From NCBI GenBank assembly GCA_965153285.1, contig OZ229115.1: DNA of 64,000 bases. One strand, written 5' to 3'. The position numbers and the translations under genes are program-made. This stretch comes from Podarcis tiliguerta (lineage: Eukaryota). Of this stretch, positions 63,201 through 64,000 are shown piece by piece (the stretch's first letter is position 1; every line of letters starts with the position of its first letter). The notes beneath the pieces were generated by a model. The model ran no database searches. It had not been told where the DNA came from and saw only the letters and a list, made by a program, of their open reading frames with translations.

Positions 63201-64000
63201 TAATGCAGGCTAGCCAATCTCAGAAATGCCAGCAGTAATGTTAAGTTGTGACAGAATTTAATAAACAGTGTGACTTCAGAAAAAGAGTTTTTTTTTAAAA
63301 AAAACAACCACACATGTTGCGACTACAGTATTTCTTCTAAACAGAAGCAGAGATTTTCTCCTTTTGTTCCTTCCAGTCATTGTTGATGTTGTGCTTTGTG
63401 ACAGAGAAGATTTTTTTTAAAGTATTCCAGTGCTAATAGAAAATAGTAGGGGAACTTCTTTTTCCAAAGTTTTGGCTTCAACCATACCAAAGGTTTCGTA
63501 ATTGAATTCTGGCCTACATTAACCAGAAATAGTTTCCAGAAGGGCAGAAACAACAGTGTCTGGTCACACCTTGTAAACTGACAAATTTATTGTGGCACAA
63601 GTTTTTGTGACCACAAGATTCTTAGCTGTTTAATAATCCGAAAGGAGAGCCTATTCTATGTCTGGAATGTACAGTTTCCCTTTGGGATGTGCACTTGCAC
63701 GTATGTACCACAAGAGGAAAGCCTCTACCTATGAATTTAACCACATTGCAGAGTTCAAGTGCATGTGTTCCACAATTTTCAATACAGACAGGGTTTTACA
63801 AAAAAACCAAACAAAACACTGCTTTCTTCCCTTACCTAAAACTTGATGTTTTCCATGCTATATATTGGGCCAGTCATTTTCTCAAGGGTGAGGCTACAGT
63901 GAGGGAATATATACAATTCCACCCTGGAGATATAATTACTGATTTGCATGGAGATGGAAAGATGGTAAAATCCACTTATCCAGCCTCCCACTGGTAGCAA

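Overview
Vertebrate genomic DNA, most likely from a squamate (lacertid-like lizard, inferred from Sauria SINEs plus L2/CR1/hAT repeats). It carries the conserved amniote gene order ITGB3BP(-) / EFCAB7(+) / PGM1(+). I reconstructed by hand 7 coding exons of ITGB3BP/CENP-R (minus strand, 18903 down to 1485; last exon not securely found), all 13 coding exons of EFCAB7 (24984-47569; 1887 nt, 628 aa, all GT-AG, phases consistent) and coding exon 1 of PGM1 (55670-55915). ITGB3BP and EFCAB7 share a CpG-rich head-to-head promoter with an RFX X-box. Introns are full of SINEs, LINE remnants (L2, CR1, L1-like), hAT and Tc1/mariner MITEs with target-site duplications (TSDs), and microsatellites. The most striking element is a Penelope-like retroelement fragment about 420 bp upstream of the PGM1 ATG. 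It has a GIY-YIG endonuclease C-terminus, inverted ~85-bp pseudo-LTR arms and a minimal hammerhead-ribozyme motif. Almost all ORFs in the supplied track are spurious. Gene identities rest on my recall of the human orthologue sequences, not on a database search.
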